NCBI RefSeq assembly: GCF_000315625.1
Contig: NW_005434613.1
Coordinates: 133,186 to 192,563, forward strand
DNA: 59,378 bases
Reading direction: 5' to 3'
From: Guillardia theta CCMP2712
Lineage: Eukaryota; Protista; Cryptophyta
Shown one piece after another: positions 39,301-52,380 of the stretch. Each line of letters starts with the position of its first letter. Within the stretch, counting starts at the first letter, position 1. Below the pieces are notes generated by a model. The model was not told the DNA's origin. It was given only the letters and a program-made list of their open reading frames with translations, and did not search any database. The translations under genes and the position numbers were made by a program.

Positions 39301-39966
39301 GATTAAAAAACCCGTATGAGGACTGGGTTGGAAGAGCAAGGCGACGAAACTCCGCGCTGTCAACTCATCTAGGGGATCTCGACAGGTTCAATGGACTTGT
39401 TGAAGTGGGAGGAGAAGGAAATGTGAGAGAGTTTGACGTTGGTAGAAGGCGCAAGTAGATTGAATGAGTTTGTGAATCATGTCACTTGATACTTTTCTCA
39501 TTCTGAGGAAGGTTCAGGTAGGACCGAACACACCGATCTTGGGTATAGTTTGAACGTATGGTATTATGGGAGAGTTGAACTCTTGAGAGAGACAAGACTG
39601 TGCGAGATTGAGAGTGGTGCTTTGAGTCTTCTTGTCGAAGTTAGGTAGACGAGTGAGGTACCCCATTCCAAACATTTATCCTCAGCAAATTGCGAGGCCC
39701 AAGAGCTTTTTGCATGAGAATGTCGCTGGTCGTTTCCTGACATGTTGCTAGGGTGGGGTGAACCTTAACACCTTCTTGCCCATCCTTATCGAGAGAGGTT
39801 TTTGGTCGGAAAGAGGCTATTTGCATCGGAGGTGTTATTCACCAACATGGATAAGCAAATCCGCTTGCTTGTCGTCGGATGTAGTACATGATGGACTCGA
39901 ACTCATTGCAAGTGCCTTGTACGTTCTTCTGTCCAGGATAACTGTTCGCCTTGTCCTTGTCCGAGG

Positions 39967-41350
39967 ATGAAATTCGGTCAATTGATGAGAGATGAGCAAA
40001 AGTCTTGCCTTGTTGGCCCTCGGATCGAGCTGCAAGATTACTTCATCAACTACAAGGTTGTGATCGAGACATCTCTAGTTTCATCATTGCACATGCTTTT
40101 GCTGAATCTACTTTCTCTGTTGCGTCGTGTTGTTTGGGGAAAAGGGAAACTGACGCCTTGTTTCTTACAGCGTCTCAAGAAGTTGTTGAGGAACCTTGGT
40201 GCTCCGGGTTTCACAGAAATAGAGGTGAAAGAACAGGTCAGACAAGTTGGGCATTTGATTTCAAGTATTCCTAACTGTATGTAAAGGAGAGAATATTTAT
40301 GACGAACTTGGAGAGTGAGATCGCCCGGGTGGAAGAGTTCTTTGCAGCGAAGGAATCACAATATTTCGACTCGTACAGTCACAAGTTGTGCCCTCGTGTG
40401 TTTGGGTCAACAAGTGGTATCCATGCTGGTGACACCGCAGACGGGTAAGTGGACTTTGATGTGTGTCTGAGCAGAGTATTTATTCGTTCCCTTCCACCTG
40501 CAGTGATGCCGCCGCGGCCGAAGATGGCCAGGAGGACAACAAAGAGCTGATCAAAGCATTGAACTGCTCGGCCGACAAGCTGCGTTACCTGGAGAGGTGT
40601 AAATGTTCACTGGCTATTCTTCGTTGCCAACTGAATCGAATGTGTCAGATTCGCGTCCTTCAACCTGATGGCTGTCGTCAAGATAGTGAAGAAGCACGAC
40701 AAGCACTCATCCACTCCGATCAGCGCCAAAGTGAACTTGCCGAAAGTCGGTTGCCCCCGGATGCTGACGATGGGTCTTGACAGGTTATTTCTTCTCTGAG
40801 TGAAAGGAGATTTGTGAACTCTCTTCTCCTTCCTGTCGTTTCTCAAGGGGTCCAGGTAAACGATTCGGTCTGACGTGTTGGTTGAGATCGTTTACCGTTT
40901 CTTCAGGCTCTTTCAGCGCATGTGACTAGAAATGCTCGCCGCATTGCAGACATAACGGGTGAGAAGTTCATTCCATGCCAACATCGTGACTGGAAATTGT
41001 TTCCCAGGCGCTGCTGGTCAGCTCCGATCGAGGCTGCGCGAGTACGCAGCGGCAAGGTGCGTCATATCGTCGCTTGTGGTCGATTGGCGGTGATGCCGTT
41101 GGTATGGTAGGGATGAGACCTTGAGCTCCCACAGCCTGTTCCTACCGAATGCCACATCCTCGCCAGGTCTGCGACGCTGAGGCACATCCAGCTGTTGCTG
41201 ATGCTGTGTGCAGTCGAGCAGCTCGAGAGACCCTCAAGCTCCTTCGAGGAGGGCGTGGCCGCCCTGACGGAAGCGAACCTGGCTGTGCACAACTCTGTGT
41301 TGGCTGCAAAGGTTAAAGGAGGAGGAGGAAGCAGCGAACGAGATCGATGA
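39967..41350 (+). CDS. SPX domain protein (inositol pyrophosphate/phosphate sensor type)
   Basis: MKFGQ...FINYK|RLKKLL, FMTNLESEIARVEEFF and FASFNLMAVVKIVKKHDK correspond to the three SPX subdomains. The C-terminal exon structure is tentative. Confidence 0.85.
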
Positions 41351-41984
41351 GCGAAGCTACAGGCGTATCCCAACTTGGACACTCACGACCTCTTGCAAGA
41401 AGTCGAGGAGGCCTCTTCTTCCGACTTTGGGGAAGACGAGAACAACGACGGAGGAGGTTAGCGACGGGGGTGCAGGCTGCGAGGCTCATGTGCAACATGG
41501 CAGATGATTCGAACGGAACCCCAGCAAGGGGAAGGAGTTCTTCGACAAGGAGTCCCAACGCTAAACCCCTGTCGGTGAAGCCGAAGATCGCCAAGGTTGC
41601 TGTGACTGCTGATGATGTGGCGACTTTTTCCTGCTGTAACGGGACCACCGCTTGATGACTCACTCGCTCGTCAGGCTGGCCGACGTCCTCCCATCTCTCG
41701 TCTCGCTGCTGTTGAGGTGGGCATGGAGTTGGGTAGGAGGTTGAGGAGCTGAGAAGAGCGCAGAAACGGATAGCATGTGTGAAGGTGGAGGCCTGGCGTA
41801 GGAGCGTTGCAAACGGCTGCAATACAGTGAAGTATGAGGGGAAGCTGGAGACAGAGCTGGGCAAACTCGAGCGAGCAAGGCAGGAGCTTCGTGCATGGTG
41901 AAGTTGCTCGTTCGGGAGGAGCTGATGGTAGTTGACGTTGTGCCGCTGCCGCAGCTCCAGGCCGTTGAACGACGTAGACGACAT
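41313..41984 (-). CDS. Possible small hypothetical gene between SPX and DRC1
   Basis: 223-aa ATG-initiated ORF with plausible internal splice sites; no recognisable motif. Confidence 0.25.
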   Translation of the reverse strand: MSSTSFNGLELRQRHNVNYHQLLPNEQLHHARSSCLARSSLPSSVSSFPSYFTVLQPFATLLRQASTFTHAIRFCALLSSSTSYPTPCPPQQQRDERWEDVGQPDERVSHQAVVPLQQEKVATSSAVTATLAIFGFTDRGLALGLLVEELLPLAGVPFESSAMLHMSLAACTPVANLLRRCSRLPQSRKKRPPRLLARGRECPSWDTPVASLIDLVRCFLLLL

Positions 41985-42125
41985 GGATACATGTCAGGAG
42001 GACAAAGCGAAAGGAAGCAATGATGACAAGTGATTGTTGTTTGATTATTGTAAAGATGTACAGGCTGTGATCCTTCTTGTCGCACTCGTTTGCTCTGTCA
42101 CTCCTTATGATCGGACAGCTTCTCT

Positions 42126-44687
42126 CTATGCAGTCTCGCCGATTCTGCTGATGGTGGCGGTGGGAGGAACGTAAAGCTCCTGGTTGATCTTCGAGCCAAG
42201 GTACTGGTTCCTGCACAAGAATCAGGGAGGGGGAGGGGGCAGCATGTCAGCGTTACAGCAAGAGCTTGAGCTCCTCGTTCTGCGTCTGCAGCGATCGAGT
42301 CTCGTCTAGTAGTGTAGACCTCTGTGAAGGGATGGGAGGAGGTCGAGTCAGACGAAGAGGATGGGAGGAGGAGGGGGCGTTAACGGGAGGAGACGGGGGT
42401 AGAAAGCAGGTGGGGAGGGAGGGAGGGAGAAACCGGAGGGAGGCTGAAGAAGAGGTGGAGGATGAAGATGGATGGAAAGGAAAGGAGAGTGAATAGTGGA
42501 GGGAGGGGAGGGAGGGGAAGGGGGAGGTTTGACCTCTGTTAGGATATCGTTGTACTTGATCATAAACTTCTCGAGCGCAGTCCACACCCTGTGAGCGAGT
42601 GAGGAGCGACAGGACAAGGCAGGGGGGAGAGTAAGGGAGGCGCGGAAGGGAGAGGCAGGGGACGAAGAGGAAGGGAGGAGAAAGAAGGGAGGAGCGGGAG
42701 GAGAAGGCAGGAGAGGAGGAGGGGGAGCGGGAGGAGAAGGCAGGAGAGAGGAGGGGGGAGCGGGAGGAGAGGAGGAGGGAAGGTACCGGAAGGTCTTGGG
42801 GGACAGGATGGACGTGCACAGCTCCCATATGTTGCGGCTCGTCGACTTCCTCTCCTCTCCCTCGTCGTGCGTCGAGTGGAAGGTTGTTGTCAGGACGGTG
42901 CTCTGCGCCATCTGCGGTAGATGTGAGGAGGAAAGGGGCAGGGCAGGGCAGGGCAGGGCAGGGCAGGGCAGGGCAGGGCAGGGCAGGGCAGGGCAGGGCA
43001 GGGCAGGGCAGGGCAGGGCAGCATCTGCAGCGTCTCACCTGCTCCTTGAGGAATTGCTTGATTGCGAGACAGGCCTGGTCCTGCGAGATCAGCTCCGACT
43101 CCCCCTGTTCATCCTCCGAGTAGAAGAAGCGCTGCAGCCGCTCTACGTCCTGCTGGCTGGAGATGCCCAAGGCCTTGAGGATGCTCTCGATCTTGAGCCT
43201 CTCCCCCTCCCCTCTCGCGATCTCCTCCACCACTCCCTTGATCTTCGCCTCCACCAGGAACCCCCCTCGTCGCTCAGCAGGTTGAACATCCTCCTGACCT
43301 CCGGGCTCACGTCCGTCATCAGCGCCTGCAGGTTGTCCGCCTGCGCCGACGCGTCCTGTACCTTCCTCTTGCTCATGGCCCGCGCCTGCTGCCGCGACTC
43401 GGCAAACGCTAAGTTGACAGCGTCCTCGTCAGGAGGGTACCAGTAGAGCCCCAGCTGCTGCTCGTGGATGATCTTGTCCGCCTGCAGCACCTGCCCCAGC
43501 AGCTCCTTCACCTCCCCTTCCTTCATGCCCCAGATCTCGTCAAACTTCTTGGCGTCGGCGAGCTGGAAGTGCTGGTACTTCATCTGCAGGTCCTGGAACT
43601 GCTCGGTGATCCTCCGATACTCCTCGGTCAGGTTGATGTTCTCTTGGTTGTACTGCTTGTCTGTCTTGTTGTACTTTGACATGAGGCTACTCAGGTTGTC
43701 CTGCAGCCTTGCGAGCTTCCTCTTCTGCTGATTGATGGTGTTGGTATTCTCCACGTCCCTTTCCGACAGCACACGGAAGTTGTACTCAAGCTTCTCCGTG
43801 TTCAGCTGGTACGTCGCCCTCATCACCTCCAGCTGCTGCTCGAGCTTCTGGATCTCCGACTCTAGAGTGATCTTCTTCTCGGTGTAGGCCTCGTTGTCCT
43901 TCAGTCTGTTCCGCTGCAGCTGCTCCTGGTTGGCCTCTATCCTCCGCTGCCTCTCCTCCATGTGCGCTTGCTCCATGTTCCGCCTCTTCTCCATCAACGC
44001 CTCCATCTCCTTCTTGTTCGATTCGATCAGCTCCTTGCGCTCCTGCCGAAACACCGCCTCGATCTCCTCCGTCTCCTGCTCGTACTGCTGCTGCTGCTGC
44101 TGGAACTGCTCCGTCATCGAAGCAAGCAAGAGGTCGATGTCCTCGGACCATCGCTTCAGGCTCTTCACGTACTCCTCGTCCTTGGACTTGAGGATGCCTT
44201 GAAACTCCTTGATCAGCTCGTCCTTCTGACTGATCACCTTCATGCACGCCTCCCGCTGCGCCTCCATCTCATGCAGCAGCTCCAGCGGCACCTCCTTCTC
44301 GAACAGCGCCGCCCACTTCATCGCGATCGCAGCATTGCGCCTGGCGCTGCTCTCAGCCTCGAAGAGGAGCTTTTGCCTGCGGTCCAGGCGACGAGCCTCC
44401 TCGTTGGTCCTCCTATTGTTCTCGCTGTCATCCCCCTCCACCCGAACCTTGGTCACGGCCTCGTCCCCCTGCTCCAGCAGGGACTGCAACCTCCGCTTGC
44501 TCTCTGCCATCTGCCCCTTCCCCTTCACCACCTCCCTCCTGTCCACCTCCTTCTTCTTCTGCACTTTCGACTTGGCGTCCGACGACCCTGTCTGCTTTGC
44601 TGCAACCTTCTCCTGTATCCTCGCTCTCCTTGCCCTGATCCGCTCCTCCCGGTCCTTGGAGTCCGTGGACGGCTCGTGGCTCTCCAT
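42126..44687 (-). CDS. DRC1: Dynein regulatory complex subunit 1 (CCDC164), with an apparent frameshift at 43261-43266
   Basis: PSTDSKDREERIRARRARI N-terminus; MRATYQLNTEKLEYNFRVL; ADKIIHEQQLGLYW; spliced C-terminus VWTALEKFMIKYNDILTE|RSTLLDETRSLQTQNEELKLLL|NQYLGSKINQELYVPP. Confidence 0.93.
42937..43022. repeat. (GGGCA)n pentanucleotide repeat in a DRC1 intron
   Basis: About 17 units, directly visible. Confidence 0.95.
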
Positions 44688-45087
44688 GGCTTCAAACAAT
44701 GACTGCGCGGCAGGTAAGCAAGAATCACAAACTTCTCTCCGCATGCTTCAAGAAACACTTCCTGTCTGTGGAAGCACGTGTGCTCAACGTGTCATCAACT
44801 GAGGAAACATACGTGTTCAACGTGTCTACGACGAAGGAAACCATTCTTTTCCCTTCTGCCGCTAATCATACCTTGCAAGCAAGTCTGCAACCATATTTCC
44901 CTCCCCCAGCATCCTCTCCCGAGCTTGAAGTATGACCAACGATTACTGTTCGCTCTTTGACCGATCATCCTCCCTCCCTTAATCATCCTCCCCTTCTCTC
45001 CTTCCCTTCCTCCCTCATTCCCCCTGTAACGAATCACCTTCTTACCTCCCTCTACAAGCTACCTGGAACACTCACTCTAGGAACTTT

Positions 45088-45360
<273 letters not shown>

Positions 45361-45369
45361 ACTCTCCTC

Positions 45370-46440
45370 TTCCTGTGTCAAGAGCTTCTTCCCTGCCATG
45401 GCCGGGCTAGGGCTGCCGTTGCCAACGCTCACAAATGGGTTGAGGCGGGCCGATCATTCTGTCTTCGTACAATTCGACCGTTTCAAAAACCGTTACAGTT
45501 ACACTTGCTGAAATCGTTGCGAGGGGCCTCGTACCCGAGTCGTACATGCTCACGATGAAGGACGGTTGATAGCGATCATCGGATCCACTGTGCAGGCCAA
45601 ACAAGACTCGTGCTCCAAGCGCACAGAACATCTACCTGCTTGATGTCGCATGATTGCGATCCTCGCTCAACACGGTGAACCATCTGAGCCTCGCTCAACG
45701 CGGTGATCGCCTTCTTGAACTGGGAGGAGAAGATCTCGAGCTGCTCCCTCGACCTCCTCTTCATGCCCCTTGAATCGCAGCTCACAAAGTAATCGCACAA
45801 GTCGACTCTCCTCACAGGACGGTTGATGCAGACCCTTCCCCCTCATCTTGAGCGGCGGGCGCACTTGCTTCAGGTTCAGGCAGCTCTCCTCCGGGCTCAT
45901 GGCAGTCACGCAGTGGAGCTCTATCCCCCCGAGTCAGCGAGTCAGTCCTGTAGCCCGTTCCCCCTGGAGCCCCTCCTCCGAGAAGACTCTGAACCCTCAG
46001 CAGCGCTTGCAGTACTCTCGACGGAGGCAACTTGAACCAACGTTCGTCCTTCCACCCAGAGCATCCACCTCGCACGCGGGTTCGACCGCTTCCTCCATGG
46101 GCTGCTTGGGCAGGCCGCTACCTTCCACCTGTGATCGTTGTGCTACAGCTTTAGACCCATCGGCGGGAACCAGCGTCTCTCACCTGGCCAATTGTCGTCA
46201 CCGAGCAGCTCTCTGGACAACCGCGCATGAGCAGTGTACTGTGGTTCTCCGCAACATCTGTGTGGATGCTGGTATCGTCACGAAGCTTCATCAGCAGGGT
46301 CTTCGACACACCCGGACCCTCGTCCCTTAGCATGGCCCCACCAACCGACACATGGGCGACGACGATGTCTCATCCCTACCAGAGCAGCGGCAGCCCCGTC
46401 GGCCTTTCTGCGCTCTCCGGCTCTGCCCAGCAGGAGATCT
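45370..46440 (+). mobile_element. Decayed 3' fragment of an RLE-type (CRE/R2-like) non-LTR retrotransposon
   Basis: Across frameshifts: AGLGLP (resembles the post-RT GGLG motif); FDRFLHGLLG-RPLPSTCDRC...D...HLANC...WTTAH...LRNICVDAG (CCHC knuckle plus helix); TMSHPYQSSG...AL (RLE-like). No RT core seen. Confidence 0.5.
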
Positions 46441-47092
46441 CGGAGGATCGCCGTTGGAGAGTTATCGACGTATGCTATCAACCGATTGATAGCATACGTG
46501 GAGGTTGGAGGTGAGGGAAGCTGGTTGCCAGTGAGCAAGTATGTTGCAAGTGAGGCATTTGAGTTTCAGCCTTGGCATCCAAAATCTGGGAGTGAAAGGA
46601 AGTCTTTTTGAGATGTACTTGTTCAAGAAGTTAGCTTCAACATGGCTGAATGTGACTTACCGTGGCTCGAGACAGACTGAGAGCTGGGATCAATGCCTGG
46701 TTGAGATTTTCTCCCCATCGCAAGGCATCGAGACGCTTCCTGAAGACAAGACGCGCTTGAGGCCCATCAGCGCATTTCAAGGAGGCTATGACGCAGAAAT
46801 TATGGACCAGGCGGAGGGGAAGGTGATGTTTGTACAAGTGACGATGGCGCAGAAGCACTCTTTCAAACTCTCTTTCTTCTCGAAGGCTCTGAAAGTCTTC
46901 AATATCCCGGAAGATGGGGCATGGAAGGTGGAGGTTGGATTTCTAGTACCGCTGGAGGAGCTTGCAAGGCTTGAGATCAGCCGCATCGAAGACAGCGGGG
47001 CACTAGAGAAGAACGGGGGGAAGAGAGGAGACGAGGCGATGCAGGTTGATGTTGTGGGGGTTTCTATCATGCAGTCGGGAGATCAGAAGTGA
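46440..47092 (+). pseudogene. Crinkler (CRN/CR)-like C-terminal fragment: end of the NTPase region plus a restriction-endonuclease-fold domain
   Basis: VGELSTYAINRL...VSKYVAS, then a frameshift, then GSLFEMYLF...RPISAFQGGYDAEIMD...VMFVQVTMAQKHSFKLSFF...VGFLVP. No 5' part present. Confidence 0.65.
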
Positions 47093-48291
47093 CCAACACG
47101 CCGATGTCCTCATCTCTTGTATTCATGGAGGCAGACTATTCTTTCCACAGCTGCGGCAGTTATTTGTGATGAGTAGAGTCTCGGACATGTATATCATCAA
47201 TCGTTAAACTAAGATCAGCAGCTCTTCATTCACGGTCGATCGCAAGGCTCAGCTGTCAGCAAGCCTGCAAGCTCCTTTCGTGATTCATTCCATGCATGCG
47301 GTAGACGTCTCACATCTATCCTTTGACCGGCAGTAAATTGTACTTCCACAGTCTCTGAGCACGAGCACAAGCACGTTTATCGAGCCAGCGATCACTGCAA
47401 CCTGCCTTAAGCCAACACGCATCCTTAGCAGCGGCTTAGATCTCTACCCAAGCATCAGCCGATACCTTGTAGGGCCAAGTTGACACAAAAGAAACCATGC
47501 TGTACATCTAGGCAAGATGTCTAGGCCAAACTTGAGACCCGAGACAGCTCAGTCTGAGACAATGTAACATGTATGACGCGCAATGGAGAGAAACTCAAGC
47601 CTATCTTTTGCCGCGCAACGCGATCTATGAAGAAGACAGGCGGAAGGGATTACCATGTATGCAAGGCGAGATACAGTCCTAACACTGCATTCGCCGCGGT
47701 TATTATCATGATCGATGCAAGGAATGCTTTCAATGACATGGCTCGTTGAGGTCCTCCTTGCTGAGTCTACTATGAGTCCAAGCTCCCTCAACTTGCTCTT
47801 GAGGTGATCCTCTTGTTTGATATCCACCGAGGAGATGCCCAGGAGAGTCATGGAGATGAAGGAGGTCTCCTCGGTGTCTCAGTGTCGGTGTATGTCTCGA
47901 CATTGGGGGTCTTGGCTTCCTTCTTCTGTTCCAGGAACCATCATCGGCTTTGGACTCCTGACTCGACTCGCCTAGAGCGTCACAGGCTTCAACCAGTCTC
48001 CTCTCGCCTGCCGACATGTCGCGCGGATAGCGTCATGGGTGCAACCCCCCTGTCTGCTCTGAGCTGTCCTACAGTTAGGATAACGCATCGTGAAGCTTCT
48101 GACCCTCTCGACAAGGTCAGCGTCGTCGACGTTGCCTCCTCAGGGCTCGCCCTAGGTGCGTTGGAATGAGCTCCGACTCAGCACGTTGCATGCTCTCCCG
48201 AAGAGCACGACGCCTAAGGCCTCACCCAGGCGGTCGTGCGGCCACTTGGTAAGTTAACTTCAATTTTACTGTCACACGGCATGCTCATAAC

Positions 48292-50340
48292 CTAAGCGAA
48301 GGTTGTCTCCTCGCTGCGAGCCTTCTTCGAGGTGATGTCCTTCATCTTGCTGATCGAGTTTCTCCTCGAAACAACCAACATGGTATCAGGATGCAACAAA
48401 ACCTCTGATTCTAGAAGCAAATAATGAGTGAACCAGAAAGCATTAGCAATCATCAAATTACCCTCTTCTTCCTTCTGTGGGATCACAGATTTCCAGTGCT
48501 CGAATGTTTCCACTACACAAGCATTCTTCATTCTCTGAATCACTTTCATCGCTCTGCTTTTCATCGCTTTGGACTCCTCCGCCGCTTCCCTCCACCGCTC
48601 CAGCGAGATCACAAGAGTGGAGTTCAGCATCCTCTGTACAACCTTGATCGCCTTCGCCTTCATCGTCTTGGACTCCTCCGCCGCTTCCCTCCACCGCTCC
48701 AGCGAGATCACAAGAGTGGAGTTCAGCATCCTCTGTACAACCTTGATCGCCTTCGCCTTCATCGTCTTGGACTCCTCCGCCGCTTCCCTCCACCGCTCCA
48801 GCGAGATCACAAGAGTTGAGTTCAGCATCCTCTGTACAACCTTGATCGCCTTCGCCTTCATCGTCTTGGACTCCTCCGCCGCTTCCCTCCACCGCTCCAG
48901 CGAGATCACAAGAGTTGAGTTCAGCATCCTCTGTACAACCTTGATCGCCTTCGCCTTCATCGCCTTGGACTCCTCCGCCGCTTCCCTCCACCGCTCCAGC
49001 GAGATCACAAGAGTTGAGTTCAGCATCCTCTGTACAACCTTGATCGCCTTCGCCTTCATCGTCTTGGACTCCTCCGCCGCTTCCCTCCACCGCTCCAGCG
49101 AGATCACAAGAGTGGAGTTCAGCATCCTCTGTACAACCTTGATCGCCTTCGCCTTCATCGTCTTGGACTCCTTCGTTGCTTCTTGCCAACGCTCAATTGC
49201 TGTAAACAGCGCAGTCTGCATCAAACGAAGTAAAACACCCCTCATCATGAGCCTTTGCTTCTTGGAGTTCAAGGCACAAGATCTCCAAGTATCGAGAGCT
49301 CTAGAAAGTGATGCGTTGAGCATGCGCCAAATGACTTTCCTCCCTTTCGCCTTCACTTCTTTCGTCTTCGAAGTAACTTCAGCCCATCTTGCAAACGCTT
49401 GTATTTTCTCTTTGTTCAACCACTTACGGAGTGACTGATTCACTCTATTCCTAGCAATGCGGACTTGATGGCTATTTTTCTTCCAAGCCGAAAATGATTT
49501 TGACAGAGTTGTTGAGCACCACTTGGCTACTGTCCGCTTGATGAGTCTTAATCTATTTGATTCTGCAACTCCATTCCTGATAGATAGTAGCTCTATTTGT
49601 CTCTGCATTTCTGCCATCTGCTCCTGTAAACGCAAGTTGATGCCCTCTGTTGAGAAAATCAGGCACGAAAAACCATACTCAGTGGCGGTCATACCTGCTC
49701 TTGCCAAGGTGTCCTTCAAAGCCTCATTCTCACGCTGAATTTTTAAAACTACGATGTCCTTTTCATGCATCTGAGCTGCCAACTCAGACGATTTGATGCA
49801 TTCTCTTTGGAGGCCTTGTCGCATAACTTCAAATTCGTCGTACAGAGTGACATTTGCCGATCGAATATTGGCCAAGTCAACCTGCATAGCTTGAACAGTT
49901 TTCTGCAGTTCCAACTTCTCCATCTGCGAAGCCAGAACTTTCTTTTTCATGACTTCCAATTCATGAATCGCAGCTTCTCTTTGCATTTCGTTCTCCACCA
50001 GGCGCCGAGTACATTCCTCCATGTCGTGCACAGCACGTTCCGCAAGAACCTTGTAGCGCACTGATACGGTTCCATTGTGATCTTCTAGATCATCTACAGA
50101 TCTTGGGGATCCGGAGGAATTCCATGTCCTATGAAGATTAAAATGTCAGATAGAGAACTTGTCTTGCAAAACAAAATCACGTGGTCGAACGCACGCTGTT
50201 GATCAATCGTTCATGAGCGTCGACGATGGGTTTTTCCTTAATCCAGATTTCACCACTGGGTGCATAGTCACGATATCATGAACATCTTGAGACTCTTCGA
50301 TATACCTTGAGTTTCCAACCTTGTCCCATCGCAGTGACAT
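48292..50340 (-). CDS. Coiled-coil protein with ~11 Sfi1-like Trp repeats of 33-aa period (candidate centrin-binding protein)
   Basis: The 589-aa ORF has repeated L-x3-[LFI]-x2-W-[RKQA] motifs (e.g. VVQRMLNSTLVISLERWRE) every 33 aa after a coiled coil. The first exon(s) are tentative. Confidence 0.75.
48569..49170. repeat. Six near-identical 99-bp coding tandem repeats
   Basis: TTGGACTCCTCCGCCGCTTCCCTCCACCGCTCCAGCGAGATCACAAGAGT... recurs every 99 bp with only 1-2 variant sites between copies. Confidence 0.97.
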
Positions 50341-52380
50341 GGCCTTGCTGAAAATCTGTGAACAAGAATTTTGATTAGCAGCATGAACTTTGCTTCGTGG
50401 ATCATTCAAATAGGATCGAATCATTTTTTCTACTTCCCAAGCTAGATCAATATGAAACAAGAGATTCTATTACTGTCTTGATATTCCGCCATCTTCTCCC
50501 ACTAATTCGCTGTCCGAGGCTACGTCCTGACTGCATCACTTTGATTTGTTTGTCACTGCCTCTAGAAGCATGTTTCCATTCCTGCTCCTGCTCTACCTTA
50601 CTCCTCTCCTCCTCTTGGTCCTCCCCTCTCTCTTTCCTCTTTGTCTTCTACTGTCTCCTCTCTCCCACCCTCCCTCTCCTCGTGCGCTTTCTTGCCATGA
50701 TGAAGCCTGCCCATGGTACATTCTTGTTACCCTCTGCCTTCTATACCGCACCACCCTCTTTCCATAACCCACCCACCCTTCAGAATTCACAAATCTCATA
50801 CGCTATGACCCCACCATTAGCCTTTGATCGGGGTACCCCTACCCACTCAATGAACAAGTACACAATTTTCCTCCGGACCAGCGTTCAGTCATCTTCCCCC
50901 GAACCTGGTGGCCACCCTACCCCCAGCTTAGTATGCCATTTGAAGGACCGGTATATTTCTAGCCTTGTTCCCTGTTTCAGTACCGGGTACCTGACCGTTT
51001 CGTGCAAGGCTGATTGTCTCTGGGGTAGGGGTCACTGAATAAGTTTATTTGATCGCCTGAGTAGGTGGGGGTTATCAGCTTTGTGATCAAAAGGTGGGGT
51101 ACAAGATTAGACAATCAATGGGTACTCGGCGACGCATGTCAACTTGATCCATAGGTGGGGTGGTGTCCACTAAAAAAATGTTCCGGGAATCATGGGAAGG
51201 TCGTAGCACTGAGCCCGGGCCCGGGCCGGCGGGCAAGGGGGCCCGGGCCCCCGGGGGCTCCACTGGAAATGCCGATTGAACTTCAATGATACCGGCCGGC
51301 CGGATGGGCCGCGACTGACATCACAACGCCGGGCCGTGCCCTTGTAGCGGCCTCAGCCGGCACTGCGGCACTGGGCTCCACTTTTCTATCACGCTTATTT
51401 GAATTGGCGTGGAATTTATTCAAATTTGATGGGCCTATTCTCACCCTACCCACCCCTAGGTACCATCCTGGAGATAAGGACCCTACCCTTCCGTCAATTG
51501 TTCGCCGCAACACGTACTACCCCCACAACACTTCCAATATTTGAAAGTTTTCATAAAAATTTCAAATTTAATCATAAGTATAACAAAGTTTCAAATAATA
51601 ATGATCAGAATCTAGAGTGGCTCACTACCCGTGCCATAACCCCACCCGTGTACTCTGCACCAAAACACCCCACCCCCTACATTCAAACTCTTTATTGGCC
51701 ACTCAACATGGCTTGGGAAGTTGCTACTACTACTATATGTTGCTGATGGAAGAGAACAACTTTGCAGAGATGGAAGAGAGAAGAAGTCAGAAGACAAGCA
51801 GAGTAAACAGACAGACCAAGACAAGAAAAGTAGCTCCTAGGCAAGAGGATGGGGATGGTGAAGAGGACAGGTAGGGCTCGATCGGGGCAGCGGAGGGGCT
51901 GCATGTTCAGAGCTTGCGTGCGGTGAGAGACGAAGACTGAAAATGGGCAGAAGCAACATCGCACTGATATTTCAAGTATAGTTCGAAGCAGAATTGGAAA
52001 ATGGCATCTGAGATGATGATGAAAGAAGGTGGAAATGATGGGGGTGTACGGGGGTAAATTGCAGAATTTTGGGACATTCGAAAGGAGATTTGAGGATGGA
52101 CAAGTAGGGAATTTTTCGATGAAAGGTCAAATGGAAATAGTGGTTTCACATAAATTCTTTCCTTGAAAGAGGCGGATGAATCTCTACAAAGCCGAAAGAG
52201 TTGAGATACTTGTGATTCCTGTTGTGACCCATTGTTCTGACAGATGATATTTTCGCCATCTTTGGAACTTGACGTCAGCGTACCTTCTCTCTCTCGTGGC
52301 GAGGGGAGTGTTTCTTCGTAACATCAGCAACCCTACATCAGCAAAGAAGTTTAAGCTACGGTTTCGCCCTCCTGGTCGTG

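Noticed and set aside
48424-49438. Antisense repeat ORFs over the 99-bp array
   Set aside because: Shadow frames; only the minus frame continues into the diverged flanking repeats with conserved Trp.
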